Part shown: positions 1 through 9,536 of the stretch, piece by piece
Position numbering within the stretch: the stretch's first letter is position 1
Layout of the letters: each line of letters begins with the position of its first letter
Assembly: GCA_017828955.1 (NCBI GenBank)
Contig: JAGAJQ010000054.1
Span: forward strand, 1-38,570
Direction of reading: 5' to 3'
Length of the DNA stretch: 38,570 nt
Source of the DNA: Oscillospiraceae bacterium
GTDB taxonomy: Bacteria > Bacillota > Clostridia > Oscillospirales > Ruminococcaceae
Notes under the pieces: model-generated
Databases searched by the model: none
What the model was told of the DNA's origin: nothing
The model's input: only the letters and a program-made list of their open reading frames with translations
Translations under genes and position numbers: made by a program

Positions 1-326
1 ATTTTATAGATAATCTTCCTGAATACGACATCGCAATGTATTGTCACAAGAAGATGAAGACAAACGAAGAAACTTCACTTGTAGCTTTAAAGGAAGCTCT
101 CCCCGTTTTAGAGAATATTTCCGAATGGACAGTTGATAATATTCACGAAGCACTTTTCGGACTTGTTGAGAAGCTCGGCGTTAAGAACGGCTACATTTTA
201 TGGCCCGTAAGAACAGCCGTTTCAGGAAAACAGTTCACACCCGGCGGTGCTGTTGAAATGTGTTATATTTTAGGCAAAGAAGATACTCTTGCAAGAATCA
301 AGAAGGGTATCGAAAAATTATCTTAA
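1..326 (+). CDS. gltX: Glutamate--tRNA ligase, C-terminal fragment (5' end outside the window)
   Basis: Frame is open from nt 3 with no stop before the listed ATG at 36, which is probably internal. The tail WPVRTAVSGKQFTPGGAVEMCYILGKEDTLARIKKGIEKL resembles the C-terminal domain of bacterial GltX. Confidence 0.7.
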   Translation, partial: FIDNLPEYDIAMYCHKKMKTNEETSLVALKEALPVLENISEWTVDNIHEALFGLVEKLGVKNGYILWPVRTAVSGKQFTPGGAVEMCYILGKEDTLARIKKGIEKLS

Positions 327-400
327 AAAAACACACAGTTATCACATAACGGCAATAAAATATTTAAGGTAACATTTTCTGCACTAAGGAGGCAGGACAG

Positions 401-1360
401 ATGATAGAAGTTAAAAACTTGAGTAAGCATTACGGCGACAAAAAAGCCGTCAATGACATTTCCTTTACTGTTGAGGACGGAATTATTTTGGGATTCTTAG
501 GCCCCAACGGCGCAGGAAAATCAACAACAATGAATATGCTGACAGGTTATCTTTCAGCAACAGGCGGACAGGCTTTAATCAATGGTATCGACATTTTAAA
601 AGATCCCATAAAAGCCAAGGAACAGATAGGATATCTTCCTGAAATTCCGCCCCTTTATCTTGATATGACAGTTAAGGAATATCTTGATTTTATCTATGAC
701 CTTAAAAAATGTAAATCACCCAGAGAAGAACATATCAAGCAGATATGCAAACTCGTTAAGATCACAGATGTTTACAACAGAATCATAAAGAACCTTTCAA
801 AAGGTTATAAGCAAAGAGTAGGGCTTGCGCAGGCACTTATCGGAAACCCACCCATACTCATTCTCGACGAACCAACTGTTGGTCTTGACCCTCAGCAGAT
901 TATTGACATCAGAAACCTTATCAAAAAGCTCGGTGAAAGACACACAGTTATCCTTTCATCACATATCCTTTCTGAAATTCAGGCTGTCTGCGATAAGATT
1001 GTCATTATAAATAAGGGACAGGTTGTAGCAGACGACACAGCAGAAAACATTTCAAAGTCTATTTCAGAAGACCATCGTCTTATCGTTCGTATCGACGGCA
1101 CAAAGGAAGAAAATATAAAACTTATCGAAGGTATTTCGGGTGTTACATCGGTTTCTGCTGATTTCGAAAGAGAACCCGGCGCATTCGAATATGTTATCGA
1201 AACAGACGGTGAAACAGATATCAGAAAGGCGCTTTTTGAAAGAGTTGCCGAAAAGAACCGTCATATCTTAGAACTTAAATCTGCAGAACTTACTCTCGAA
1301 GATATCTTCCTCAAAGTTACTGCGGGCGAAGATATTTCTGCAAAGGGAGGTAAAAAATAA
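401..1360 (+). CDS. ABC transporter ATP-binding protein (ABC-2/GldA-like)
   Basis: Walker A GPNGAGKST, ABC signature LSKGYKQR and Walker B ILILDEP. Strong RBS AAGGAGG upstream. Confidence 0.9.
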   Translation: MIEVKNLSKHYGDKKAVNDISFTVEDGIILGFLGPNGAGKSTTMNMLTGYLSATGGQALINGIDILKDPIKAKEQIGYLPEIPPLYLDMTVKEYLDFIYDLKKCKSPREEHIKQICKLVKITDVYNRIIKNLSKGYKQRVGLAQALIGNPPILILDEPTVGLDPQQIIDIRNLIKKLGERHTVILSSHILSEIQAVCDKIVIINKGQVVADDTAENISKSISEDHRLIVRIDGTKEENIKLIEGISGVTSVSADFEREPGAFEYVIETDGETDIRKALFERVAEKNRHILELKSAELTLEDIFLKVTAGEDISAKGGKK

Positions 1361-2064
1361 TGAAAGCGATTTTCAGAAGAGAACTTATTGCATATTTCAC
1401 ATCGCCTATTGTTTATGTTTATCTCGCGGTGTTCACATTTTTCTCGGGAGTTTTCTTTCAGGCAACCTGCCTTTATAACAGAACGACAAATATGGGCGGA
1501 ATTTACGACAATATGTTCTCGGTTCTTCTGTTCATAATTCCTATCCTTACAATGCGTCTTCTCAGTGAAGATAAAAAGCATAAGACAGACCAGTGTCTTT
1601 TAACAGCACCCGTAAGCCTTACAGGAATTGTTCTCGGAAAATTCTTCGCAGCGACAGTAGTATTCTGTGCGGGAATGCTCGTATTCTTCATCTACGCGCT
1701 TATGCTCTCTGTCTACGCAGCGGTAGAATGGCAGCTTGTTATCTGCTATACAGTCGGAATGGCTGTTCTCGGAATGGCATTCATTTCAGTAGGACTTTTC
1801 ATTTCATCATTAACAGAAAGCCAGATTGTTTCAGCGATAGGTTCATTCGCTTGTATGATAGTTATCTATATGATAGATATGCTTGCGTCATTTATTCCTA
1901 ACCAGACAATCGCATCAATGCTTTCATCACTTTCATTCCTTACAAAATTCTATGAATTCACATACGGAATAGTAAATATCTCAGCGATACTTTTCTTCAT
2001 AAGTTTTGCTGCGGTTATGAATTTCCTCACAGTGAAAGTTCTTGAAAAACGCCGTTGGGGCTAA
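1360..2064 (+). CDS. ABC-2 type transporter permease (GldF-like)
   Basis: The TAATG stop/start overlap with the ATPase gene suggests translational coupling. The protein has about six hydrophobic helices. Confidence 0.8.
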   Translation: MKAIFRRELIAYFTSPIVYVYLAVFTFFSGVFFQATCLYNRTTNMGGIYDNMFSVLLFIIPILTMRLLSEDKKHKTDQCLLTAPVSLTGIVLGKFFAATVVFCAGMLVFFIYALMLSVYAAVEWQLVICYTVGMAVLGMAFISVGLFISSLTESQIVSAIGSFACMIVIYMIDMLASFIPNQTIASMLSSLSFLTKFYEFTYGIVNISAILFFISFAAVMNFLTVKVLEKRRWG

Positions 2065-2094
2065 TAGGTAAGATCTGAAAGGAAGAATAATATT

Positions 2095-3564
2095 ATGAAT
2101 AAGAATTTTTTTAAGGAACAGCGTTTTAAATACGGCGCTATGTCAGTGGGAATGACCGTTCTCTTTATCCTTGCGGTTATTCTTTTAAATGTTGTTGTTT
2201 CAAAGATTGTCGAAAGAGCGGATATAAAGATAGACCTCACAAAAGAGCAGGTTTATGAAGTAACCGACCAGACAAAAGAATATCTCACAACACTCGATAA
2301 GGATATAAAGATTACTGTTTTTATGGAAGAAAGAGCGCTCAACGATATGGGTCTTGAAGGAAAATCCATCGTTGAAGTTTTAAATAAATATCAGCAGTAT
2401 TCAGACAAGATTACAATACAGTATGCAAATATCCAGACAAACCCCGAAATCTTCACACAGTACAGCAACCTCTATAAAGGCGACCTTTCAAACTACATCG
2501 CCGTTGTATCATGTGGAAACAAGATAAAGCCTCTTTCTCAGGGTGACCTTATCGACTATACAATAAACTCAGCAGGAACAATGGACTCTGCAAACACAAC
2601 AGAACAGGCGATAACATCTGCTATTATGAACGTTATCGACGATAAGGTAATAAAGGCAGCTATCTTAAACGGAAAGTCATATTTCTATATAACAGACCTT
2701 ACAGAAATGATGATAGCAAACGGTTATGAAATCGAAGAAGTTGACGTTACTATGGGAAAAATCCCCGAAGACGCAACAATGGTAATCCTCAACACACCCG
2801 TTACAGACCTTTCACCCGATATGGCTGATAAGCTCGAAGCTTTCCTCTATAACGACGGAAACTACGGCAGAACATTATTCTATATCGGTTGCTATAAGCA
2901 GGGCGAAATGACAAATGTCAACAACCTTCTCGCCGCTTATGGTCTTCAGGTTTCACCCGGAAGACTTTTAGACCTTGACACATCAAACCTTATGTCAACG
3001 GGAACATCTTACGCTATCCGTTCGTTTGAATATAACGACAGATATTCAGAAAACTTACAGAACAAGGATCTCCCTGTTCTTATGCCTACTCCTTCACCCC
3101 TTGAAGTTTTATGGGATGTAAAGGATACAAGAGAAACACAGGTTCTTCTTTCAACAGCGGATACAGGTGTTGTTATCCCCAACGATGCGGATACATCAAC
3201 TCTTGACCCCACAACTCTCGAAAGAAAGAAACAGCCCGTTATGGCAGTAGGTTCAAAGTATGACTCAATGAATGCTGTTGACAGAAAGGGAAGCCACGTT
3301 TTAGTTTTAACATCACCCGAAATGCTTATGGCACCTTTCTTTGATTATGCAACACTCAACAATGCTGAATATATCTTCGGTGCTGTAAATAAGCTCAACG
3401 GTAAGGAACAGTCAATCGTAATCGCTCCCAAGAGCCTTGCAGGAGATATGCTCGAAGCCAGCGACGCACAGACAGGCGTTATGTCAACTATTGCAACAAT
3501 CATCATTCCTCTCGCTATTGCAATAGCAGGTGTTGTTGTTTATATCAGAAGGAGACATAAATAA
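2095..3564 (+). CDS. GldG-like ABC-transporter auxiliary protein
   Basis: N- and C-terminal TM helices flank a large soluble domain. Its position directly after the ABC-2 ATPase and permease is typical of GldG-family genes. Confidence 0.65.
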   Translation: MNKNFFKEQRFKYGAMSVGMTVLFILAVILLNVVVSKIVERADIKIDLTKEQVYEVTDQTKEYLTTLDKDIKITVFMEERALNDMGLEGKSIVEVLNKYQQYSDKITIQYANIQTNPEIFTQYSNLYKGDLSNYIAVVSCGNKIKPLSQGDLIDYTINSAGTMDSANTTEQAITSAIMNVIDDKVIKAAILNGKSYFYITDLTEMMIANGYEIEEVDVTMGKIPEDATMVILNTPVTDLSPDMADKLEAFLYNDGNYGRTLFYIGCYKQGEMTNVNNLLAAYGLQVSPGRLLDLDTSNLMSTGTSYAIRSFEYNDRYSENLQNKDLPVLMPTPSPLEVLWDVKDTRETQVLLSTADTGVVIPNDADTSTLDPTTLERKKQPVMAVGSKYDSMNAVDRKGSHVLVLTSPEMLMAPFFDYATLNNAEYIFGAVNKLNGKEQSIVIAPKSLAGDMLEASDAQTGVMSTIATIIIPLAIAIAGVVVYIRRRHK

Positions 3565-5003
3565 TGGGTGCTAATATAAAAAAGATGTTAATAGGCGTTG
3601 TTGCCGCGATAGTTGTTCTTGCGGGACTTTTAATAGTCCTTATGCTGACAGAACCCAAGGACGAAAGCGGTAACCCCGCTACTACAACAACAGCCGAAGC
3701 GGTAACTTCAAAGCTTCTCTATGAAAAATCACCCGACTCGGTTACCTATTTAAAGGTTAAGAACGAAAAGGGAACATACGAAGTAGAAAGAACATCAAAG
3801 GGCCTTTCTGTAAAGGGTCTTGAGGGAAAAGAACTCTATCAGGCTTATCTTTCGGTTCTCGTTGAGAGAGCGTCAAGCCTTGTTTCACAGAAAGTCATCG
3901 AAGAGAACGCTTCCGACCTTTCAAAATACGGTCTTAAAAACCCAAAAACAAAGATTGAAGTAACATTCAAGAACGGAGATAAGAAAACTCTCCTTTTAGG
4001 AAACGATATTCCCCTTTCTGAATATGAAGCACTCTATTTCTGTTTTGAGGGCGAAAAGACAGTCCACGCCGTTTCAAAATCACCCCTTACAGTTTTTATG
4101 GGAATTTCAAAGGAAAACCTTTTAAGCCCCATAGTTACAAAGGTGCCTGACAGAGACAGCGAAGGCAAACTTCCCATTGTAAGAGAGATGATTATCGAAA
4201 GAAGCGATTTCCCCTATACAATAACAATGGCTTATGATGAAGATGAAGCTTTTGTCCTTACATCTCCCGTTGACCTTAAACTTACAGAAACGATAAAATA
4301 TATCCTTCCCAATGGTCTTTACGGAATTTCTGCTATCTCAGCAGTTCGTTATCCCGTTTCGGAAACTGACCTTGAAACAGCAGGTTTAAACGAACCATTT
4401 GCTACAATCACTATGAACAGCGACGCAGGCAAGGAAAAGATTTTTGTCGGAAACAAGGCGGTTTCAGCAAATGGAACAGAAAGCTATTTCGTTATGGTTG
4501 AGGGAAAAGAAGATATCATCTATTCAGTAAGTTCAGATGTTCTTCCCTGGATAAAGATTGATGTCGGCGATATCGCAGTAAGCTATGTTTATAAAGCAGT
4601 TGCCGATACAACAACCGATATCACAATAAAAACAAGAAATGTAAACGAAACGATAAAGAAATCGGGTAAGGTTTCTTCTGAAGAATTCAAGGCGACAAGA
4701 AACGGAAACGATATGCCCGTTTCAGATTTCAGAAGTCTTTTTGAATACCTCTTCAAATTCAGATTTGAAAGAATAGTAACAGATGATACAATTATCGGAG
4801 GTTTAACACCTTACGCTACTATAACAGTAAAATCCGAAGGAAACGGAACAGAAACACTCGAATTCTATGATGTAGGGAATAAGGAATCTGTTGTAACATA
4901 TAACGGCAAGGTTTCTTACTACTGCAGAACGTCATATATCGAAGTTCTCGAAAAGAATATAAAAAATCTTGATAACGGCGAAGAACTCGTTATGACATGG
5001 TAA
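3564..5003 (+). CDS. DUF4340-like membrane-anchored protein
   Basis: TAATG overlap with the preceding gene and a single N-terminal TM helix. The gene order ABC ATPase / permease / GldG / DUF4340 is a common conserved arrangement. Confidence 0.55.
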   Translation: MGANIKKMLIGVVAAIVVLAGLLIVLMLTEPKDESGNPATTTTAEAVTSKLLYEKSPDSVTYLKVKNEKGTYEVERTSKGLSVKGLEGKELYQAYLSVLVERASSLVSQKVIEENASDLSKYGLKNPKTKIEVTFKNGDKKTLLLGNDIPLSEYEALYFCFEGEKTVHAVSKSPLTVFMGISKENLLSPIVTKVPDRDSEGKLPIVREMIIERSDFPYTITMAYDEDEAFVLTSPVDLKLTETIKYILPNGLYGISAISAVRYPVSETDLETAGLNEPFATITMNSDAGKEKIFVGNKAVSANGTESYFVMVEGKEDIIYSVSSDVLPWIKIDVGDIAVSYVYKAVADTTTDITIKTRNVNETIKKSGKVSSEEFKATRNGNDMPVSDFRSLFEYLFKFRFERIVTDDTIIGGLTPYATITVKSEGNGTETLEFYDVGNKESVVTYNGKVSYYCRTSYIEVLEKNIKNLDNGEELVMTW

Positions 5004-5039
5004 AATCTTTTCAAAATAAAATTAAGGAGGATTACAGAA

Positions 5040-5315
5040 ATGTCTGATACAAACAAGGAAATTTTCTCATACAAGGGTTTTCCGCTTGTAAGAAAAAAGG
5101 ACGAAATCTACTACGGAAATATGTCTGATGACTTTGTTGTAATGATGCAGGTTATCGAAAAGAAAAAAGTCGGCGATGTAGAGGTTGCAACAAAAATCAA
5201 GCTCTATAAAATGTCAACCGACGAAAGCAAGAATCCTCTCGAAAGAGTAAGCAAGACAAGCGAAAAGGAAGGCCTTTATGCAGCGCTCGATGTTGCATAC
5301 GCATGGCTTTCATAA
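5040..5315 (+). CDS. Hypothetical small protein (91 aa)
   Basis: RBS AAGGAGG lies 8 nt upstream and a terminator follows. No recognisable domain. Confidence 0.5.
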   Translation: MSDTNKEIFSYKGFPLVRKKDEIYYGNMSDDFVVMMQVIEKKKVGDVEVATKIKLYKMSTDESKNPLERVSKTSEKEGLYAALDVAYAWLS

Positions 5316-5322
5316 TGAAAAC

Positions 5323-5352
5323 AAAAAATCCACCCTTATGGGTGGATTTTTC
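5323..5352. terminator. Bidirectional rho-independent terminator
   Basis: Stem ATCCACCC / GGGTGGAT with loop TTAT, an A-run on the left and a T-run on the right, between convergent genes. Confidence 0.7.
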
Positions 5353-5354
5353 TT

Positions 5355-5822
5355 TTAATACTTATAAGTTGTTTCGTGTTTAACATTTCCGTTGGCGTCA
5401 TACTCAGTTGATTTTACCATATTTCCGCTTGAATCGTATTCGTATATGATATAAAGCATAACAGCGCCCTTTTCGGTATACATCGTTGATTTCAACATAT
5501 TTCCGCTCATATCGTATTCGGTAATATCAGCAATCGAATGGTCAGCACGATATAAATATTCTTTTTTTACCGAATCCGTGTCGCCGTAATATTCGATTAT
5601 CACATAATGATCGACATCATCGAAAGCGTTTAACGAAGTATATTTTACTTCTCTGTCGAGAGCGTCATATTCGTGGATGATAGTATGAGGACTATAAGCC
5701 AGATCTTCTTCTTCTGTTCTGACAGAATTGACAACGGGAGGAACAACAGGTGGAGCACTTTCACACCCTGTTAAAGAAACAAGCATTGTGAAAACAAAAA
5801 GTATTCCGATAAGTTTTTTCAT
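5355..5822 (-). CDS. Lipoprotein with YD-like (Y-x-YD-x-x-GN) beta-hairpin repeats
   Basis: Signal peptide with lipobox LVSLTGC. Repeats such as EYDMSGNMLKSTMY, YEYDSSGNMVKSTEYDANGNV. Same repeat type as the T7SS-island paralogues. Confidence 0.75.
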   Translation of the reverse strand: MKKLIGILFVFTMLVSLTGCESAPPVVPPVVNSVRTEEEDLAYSPHTIIHEYDALDREVKYTSLNAFDDVDHYVIIEYYGDTDSVKKEYLYRADHSIADITEYDMSGNMLKSTMYTEKGAVMLYIIYEYDSSGNMVKSTEYDANGNVKHETTYKY

Positions 5823-6009
5823 TGTAAAAAAATCCCCCTTGTCTGTATTTTAGATGATTATATCATATCTTTTTCCATAAATCAATAGAGAAAAAACACC
5901 CATTATGGTAATGACCGCACAGAAGTAATTAAGGGTACCGAGCCACAAACTCAGGTACCCTTGATTGTTTATTAAAGATTGGCAAATGGGGACACCCCTT
6001 GGGTGATTT

Positions 6010-7761
6010 TTATCTCTTGTAAACTGCAACAAATATAAGTCCGCCTGCGAGAATCAGTATCGAGACTATGAAAAGAGCAAAACCGTTATTTCCGTTTTCA
6101 GTCGGAACATTTTCTGTATTCTGACCATTCATATCCTGCGGAAAATTCTGTCCGCTGTTTCCCATAGGGAACTGCCCCTCGCCCATATTCTGAGGGAACT
6201 GTCCTTCACCCATATTATCGGGGAACTGCTGTCCGTCGGGGCGTTGTGGTCGCTCGTTTTCAGAGAATTCTCCCTCAGGGAACTGTTGTCCGTCTGGCAT
6301 TTCTCCATCGGGTATCTGTGGAATTTCTCCCTCAGGGATTTCAGGCATTTCACCCATTTCATCGGGAACTTGTCCTTCAGGTCTGTAAGCAGGTAAACTC
6401 TCGAAATTTCCGCCCTTGCCGATATTCATCGTTCCCATTGAAGATAGGTTTATATTACTTGCGTCTATCAGTTTTTCCTCAGATGAAAGTTGTGATAAAA
6501 CGCTTTCTTTACGAAGATTGCAGAATTCTGTAAGTGTCTTTACTCCCTCTTTGTATTCCTCATATGTGCAGAATTTAGTAGGGTCTTTTTCGACATAAGA
6601 AGAAATAAGAGCGTCTGCTTCTGATATGATTTTTTCTGTGTCGATTTTCGATATGAAGTCGTAATAGAAATCATAATATTTTTGTTTATAGTTTTCATCC
6701 GAAAAGATAAAAGAAACCATTGGTCTGTCTGAAATATTTTCGTATTCGATAGAGTAATTCACCTGCGATGAGGCATTTCCACCGTTAAATCCACCGAAAG
6801 CGAGGTTATAATCCCAGGGGAGCATTGAAAGTTTTCCGTCATCTTCATAAAGATAATAGTTGTGGATCATATTGCCCGTATAACTGTCACCGTTGCAGAC
6901 AAAATTATGAACCGCAAAATATTTTATCAGTGAGTCTGTATCAGCGACCGATTCAATATCATCTTTTTCAGAAATTTTCTTTAAACATTCAATAAGTCTT
7001 TCTTTGTCACTATCTGTTATATCGGTTTTTGCGTTGTCAAAAATTTCAGAGTATGATGAAATTTCATCATCTGTATAAAGAAGTTTTACTGCATTGTTTC
7101 CGCCCGAATTCTTGTCACCCATAAAGTTCTGTCCGTTGCCTTTTCCGCCTGCCATTTCAGAAGTGTCGGGCTTATATAAATTTCCCGAAACAGAGCCGTA
7201 ATTTCTTATCAAAAAAGAATCCTCAACTGCCTCTAAAAGAAGATAAAGGCCGTGTTCTTCGCCGTTTATGGTAACAATCCCGTAACTGCATAAAGGAGCG
7301 TTTACCCCTGCTTCTCTCATCATTTCATAGGTGAGATAGTCTTTCATATATGTATTATCCTGAATAACATTATTGAGAACAAGCTTATCAAGACCGAAAT
7401 AATTCTTGCCCTCTTCATAATGGTCGAATTCTATCTTGAAACTGTATCTGTCACTGTCCATCGCGTGAACAGATGTCAGCGATGTATTTCCTTTTCCTCT
7501 TATAGCGACATTACCCATCGCTTTTCCATCTATAACAACCGAACATGATGTATATTTTTCAGAAAGACAACTGTCTAAAAACGCATCTTTATCGTCTAAG
7601 ACAATGTCTATATGATGGATTTTTGAAGTGTCGAAAATAAGGTCTTCATACTGCATATGAAATTCTTTTTCCGTTGTGAACCCTAAAAGAAGAAAAACAG
7701 AAACAAGAGAAAGGATAATAGCAAATATACCTATTTTTTCTATGTTTTTATTTGTTGACAT
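6010..7761 (-). CDS. CotH kinase-family protein with Pro/Gly/Gln/Glu-rich tail and C-terminal TM anchor
   Basis: N-terminal TM helix and a CotH-like core (LYLLLEAVEDSFL, GNLYKPD, HNYYLY). The tail has low-complexity repeats (PDGQQFPEGE, MGEGQFPQNMGEGQFP) followed by a hydrophobic anchor. Confidence 0.75.
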   Translation of the reverse strand: MSTNKNIEKIGIFAIILSLVSVFLLLGFTTEKEFHMQYEDLIFDTSKIHHIDIVLDDKDAFLDSCLSEKYTSCSVVIDGKAMGNVAIRGKGNTSLTSVHAMDSDRYSFKIEFDHYEEGKNYFGLDKLVLNNVIQDNTYMKDYLTYEMMREAGVNAPLCSYGIVTINGEEHGLYLLLEAVEDSFLIRNYGSVSGNLYKPDTSEMAGGKGNGQNFMGDKNSGGNNAVKLLYTDDEISSYSEIFDNAKTDITDSDKERLIECLKKISEKDDIESVADTDSLIKYFAVHNFVCNGDSYTGNMIHNYYLYEDDGKLSMLPWDYNLAFGGFNGGNASSQVNYSIEYENISDRPMVSFIFSDENYKQKYYDFYYDFISKIDTEKIISEADALISSYVEKDPTKFCTYEEYKEGVKTLTEFCNLRKESVLSQLSSEEKLIDASNINLSSMGTMNIGKGGNFESLPAYRPEGQVPDEMGEMPEIPEGEIPQIPDGEMPDGQQFPEGEFSENERPQRPDGQQFPDNMGEGQFPQNMGEGQFPMGNSGQNFPQDMNGQNTENVPTENGNNGFALFIVSILILAGGLIFVAVYKR

Positions 7762-7777
7762 ACTTTTTAATTTTCTC

Positions 7778-8449
7778 CTAGTTCATATATTCTCCGTTGT
7801 AACTTACGAGAACAGCACTTCTCACTCCCTCTTTTTCTGCGAGTTCGTTTATGAAATCCGTGTTGTCATCTTTAAGTCTGATTTCGATGTTTATTTCGAT
7901 TTCATCCTTTTCGACGGTTTTGCTTCTTATAATTGTTCTTTCGGTTTTTTCCTTTATAAAATCGGTGGCTTTCTTTTCAGCGTCTTTTCCGTCGCATCTT
8001 ATAACAACTATGTAAGGATGTGTATGTGATTTTCTGTTTACGAATAAAAGAAGAATTATTCCTATAACAACGCTTCCTATCAAAGCGAGGGGAATCATTC
8101 CCGCTGCGAGAACAATGCCTACTGCAATAGACCAGAAAAGAAACGCAATATCCAAAGGCTCTTTTATCGCCGCACGGAATCTTACTATTGAAAGCGCGCC
8201 GACCATACCGAGTGAGAGAACAACGTTGCTTGTTACAGCAAGGATAACAACCGTTGTAATCATAGTGAGTGCTATGAGTGTTACACCAAAACTTGATGAA
8301 TACATTACGCCCGAAAATGTCTTTTTGTAAACTAAAAATATAAACATTCCGAGTGCGAAAGCGAGGACTAAAGCTATAATCATATCTACTATGCTTACGC
8401 TTGTTATGCTGTCTAAAAAACCTGATTTGAAAATGTCGTTGAATGTCAT
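7778..8449 (-). CDS. DUF4956 domain membrane protein
   Basis: Multi-TM N-terminus with the signature LSLGMVGALSIVRFRAAIKEPLDIAFLFW. RBS AAGGAG. Confidence 0.75.
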   Translation of the reverse strand: MTFNDIFKSGFLDSITSVSIVDMIIALVLAFALGMFIFLVYKKTFSGVMYSSSFGVTLIALTMITTVVILAVTSNVVLSLGMVGALSIVRFRAAIKEPLDIAFLFWSIAVGIVLAAGMIPLALIGSVVIGIILLLFVNRKSHTHPYIVVIRCDGKDAEKKATDFIKEKTERTIIRSKTVEKDEIEINIEIRLKDDNTDFINELAEKEGVRSAVLVSYNGEYMN

Positions 8450-8461
8450 TATAAAAACTCC

Positions 8462-9133
8462 TTATCCGTAAATTCTTGATGCTGAATATTTTGAGAAAGA
8501 TGTTGTTCTTCTATCCGAAAGTCCCACAACGCCTTTTACTATATCGGGTAAAAAATTATCCCATTTTACTTCGAGTATCACAGGCGTTATAACAGGGACT
8601 GTAAGGCAGTCTGGATTTAAAAATCCCATAACATCATGCGTTTCTCTTATGTGATAATCAAGCGTTACTCTTACATTCGAGGCGGGGAAAGTAAACGCCT
8701 CTCTCTCATAATCGACTATGACTTTCGGCATAAGCCCTTCGGAACGTATTTTAAAATAAAGCTCTGAAAGAAGAGGTCGCTTATCATTTTCCGCCATAAA
8801 AGAATAGTCGCCCGAGAGAATTTTTTCTACTTCCTCAGAAGTCAGTGAGCAGCTCTGCTTCGTTCCGAGGTCGTTTATCTTTGATTTCTTTTCAAGATTT
8901 ATTTTCGAGGTGTCGCCGTTATAATATCTTATTCTGAACTTTTCACGCTTCGCCATACCGTTGAGTTTTTCACTCAGTGCTTTATCTGAAATGCTGTCAA
9001 AATAAAGGCTTCTTACAATATATCTTCCGCCCAGAGCGCTTTCATCGGGCCTTAAAACCGCCCTCGCGCGTTGCCTTACCGTAAGCATATCGGCATAGTT
9101 TATTTCGTGTTTGTATTCGTGTCGAAACTGCAT
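8462..9133 (-). CDS. VTC-domain polyphosphate polymerase-like protein (CYTH-like fold)
   Basis: N-terminus MQFRHEYKHEI and overall pattern are typical of bacterial VTC-domain proteins. It is the first gene of a VTC/DUF4956/CotH operon. RBS GAGGTG. Confidence 0.75.
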   Translation of the reverse strand: MQFRHEYKHEINYADMLTVRQRARAVLRPDESALGGRYIVRSLYFDSISDKALSEKLNGMAKREKFRIRYYNGDTSKINLEKKSKINDLGTKQSCSLTSEEVEKILSGDYSFMAENDKRPLLSELYFKIRSEGLMPKVIVDYEREAFTFPASNVRVTLDYHIRETHDVMGFLNPDCLTVPVITPVILEVKWDNFLPDIVKGVVGLSDRRTTSFSKYSASRIYG

Positions 9134-9457
9134 TTTATCACCTCTATTCCTATTAAATCATAAAGTGAGAATTTTTTCAAGAGAAATCAAAATATCACCT
9201 GTCTTTCGTGGCGGTACACCAGTACAGCGTCGTCGTGCTTCCTGGAAATACAGGCAATCTTTTTATTTCTGATTTTATTGTGGTTTGAAAACACTCAAGT
9301 GAGGTTTCCCACTAGTTTTTTATAATACCCCTTATTTTTTTGTATTACGTGAGAAAAAAGTGAAAGTTATGTGAGATAGCAAACTGTAATTTTGAATAAA
9401 CAGAAAAAAGATGTATTATAGAATATGACGAAATTATTGGGTGTAAAACATATTTTA

Positions 9458-9486
9458 TTGTAATTATTGTAAAAATGTGTTATCAT
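9458..9486 (+). promoter_or_regulatory. Putative sigma-A promoter of the chemoreceptor gene
   Basis: TTGTAA, 17-nt spacer, TATCAT with a TGT extended -10. Its position puts the listed GTG start at 9477 upstream of the transcription start. Confidence 0.4.
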
Positions 9487-9536
9487 TTAAGCGTCGGAAA
9501 ACTCATCTTTTTACATATAGAAAGGGCGGATATTTT

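Noticed and set aside
5850-6032. 60-aa hydrophobic ORF overlapping the 3' end of the CotH gene.
   Set aside because: It has a TTG start without a convincing RBS and overlaps the CotH coding sequence. The region more plausibly holds terminator or promoter hairpins (AAGGGTACC...GGTACCCTT at 5931-5962).
9134-9457. Long intergenic region upstream of the VTC operon as a possible riboswitch or leader.
   Set aside because: Some local stems are present (for example CCTGT...ACAGG), but I recognised no known riboswitch consensus. A covariance-model scan is needed before any claim.
9477-9536. Upstream alternative starts of several ORFs: GTG 9477, TTG 15589, ATG 16788, TTG 35081, ATG 37060 and ATG 15421.
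   Set aside because: Each has poor or mis-spaced Shine-Dalgarno support. Internal starts give proper ribosome-binding sites, signal peptides or lipoboxes, or family-typical N-termini.
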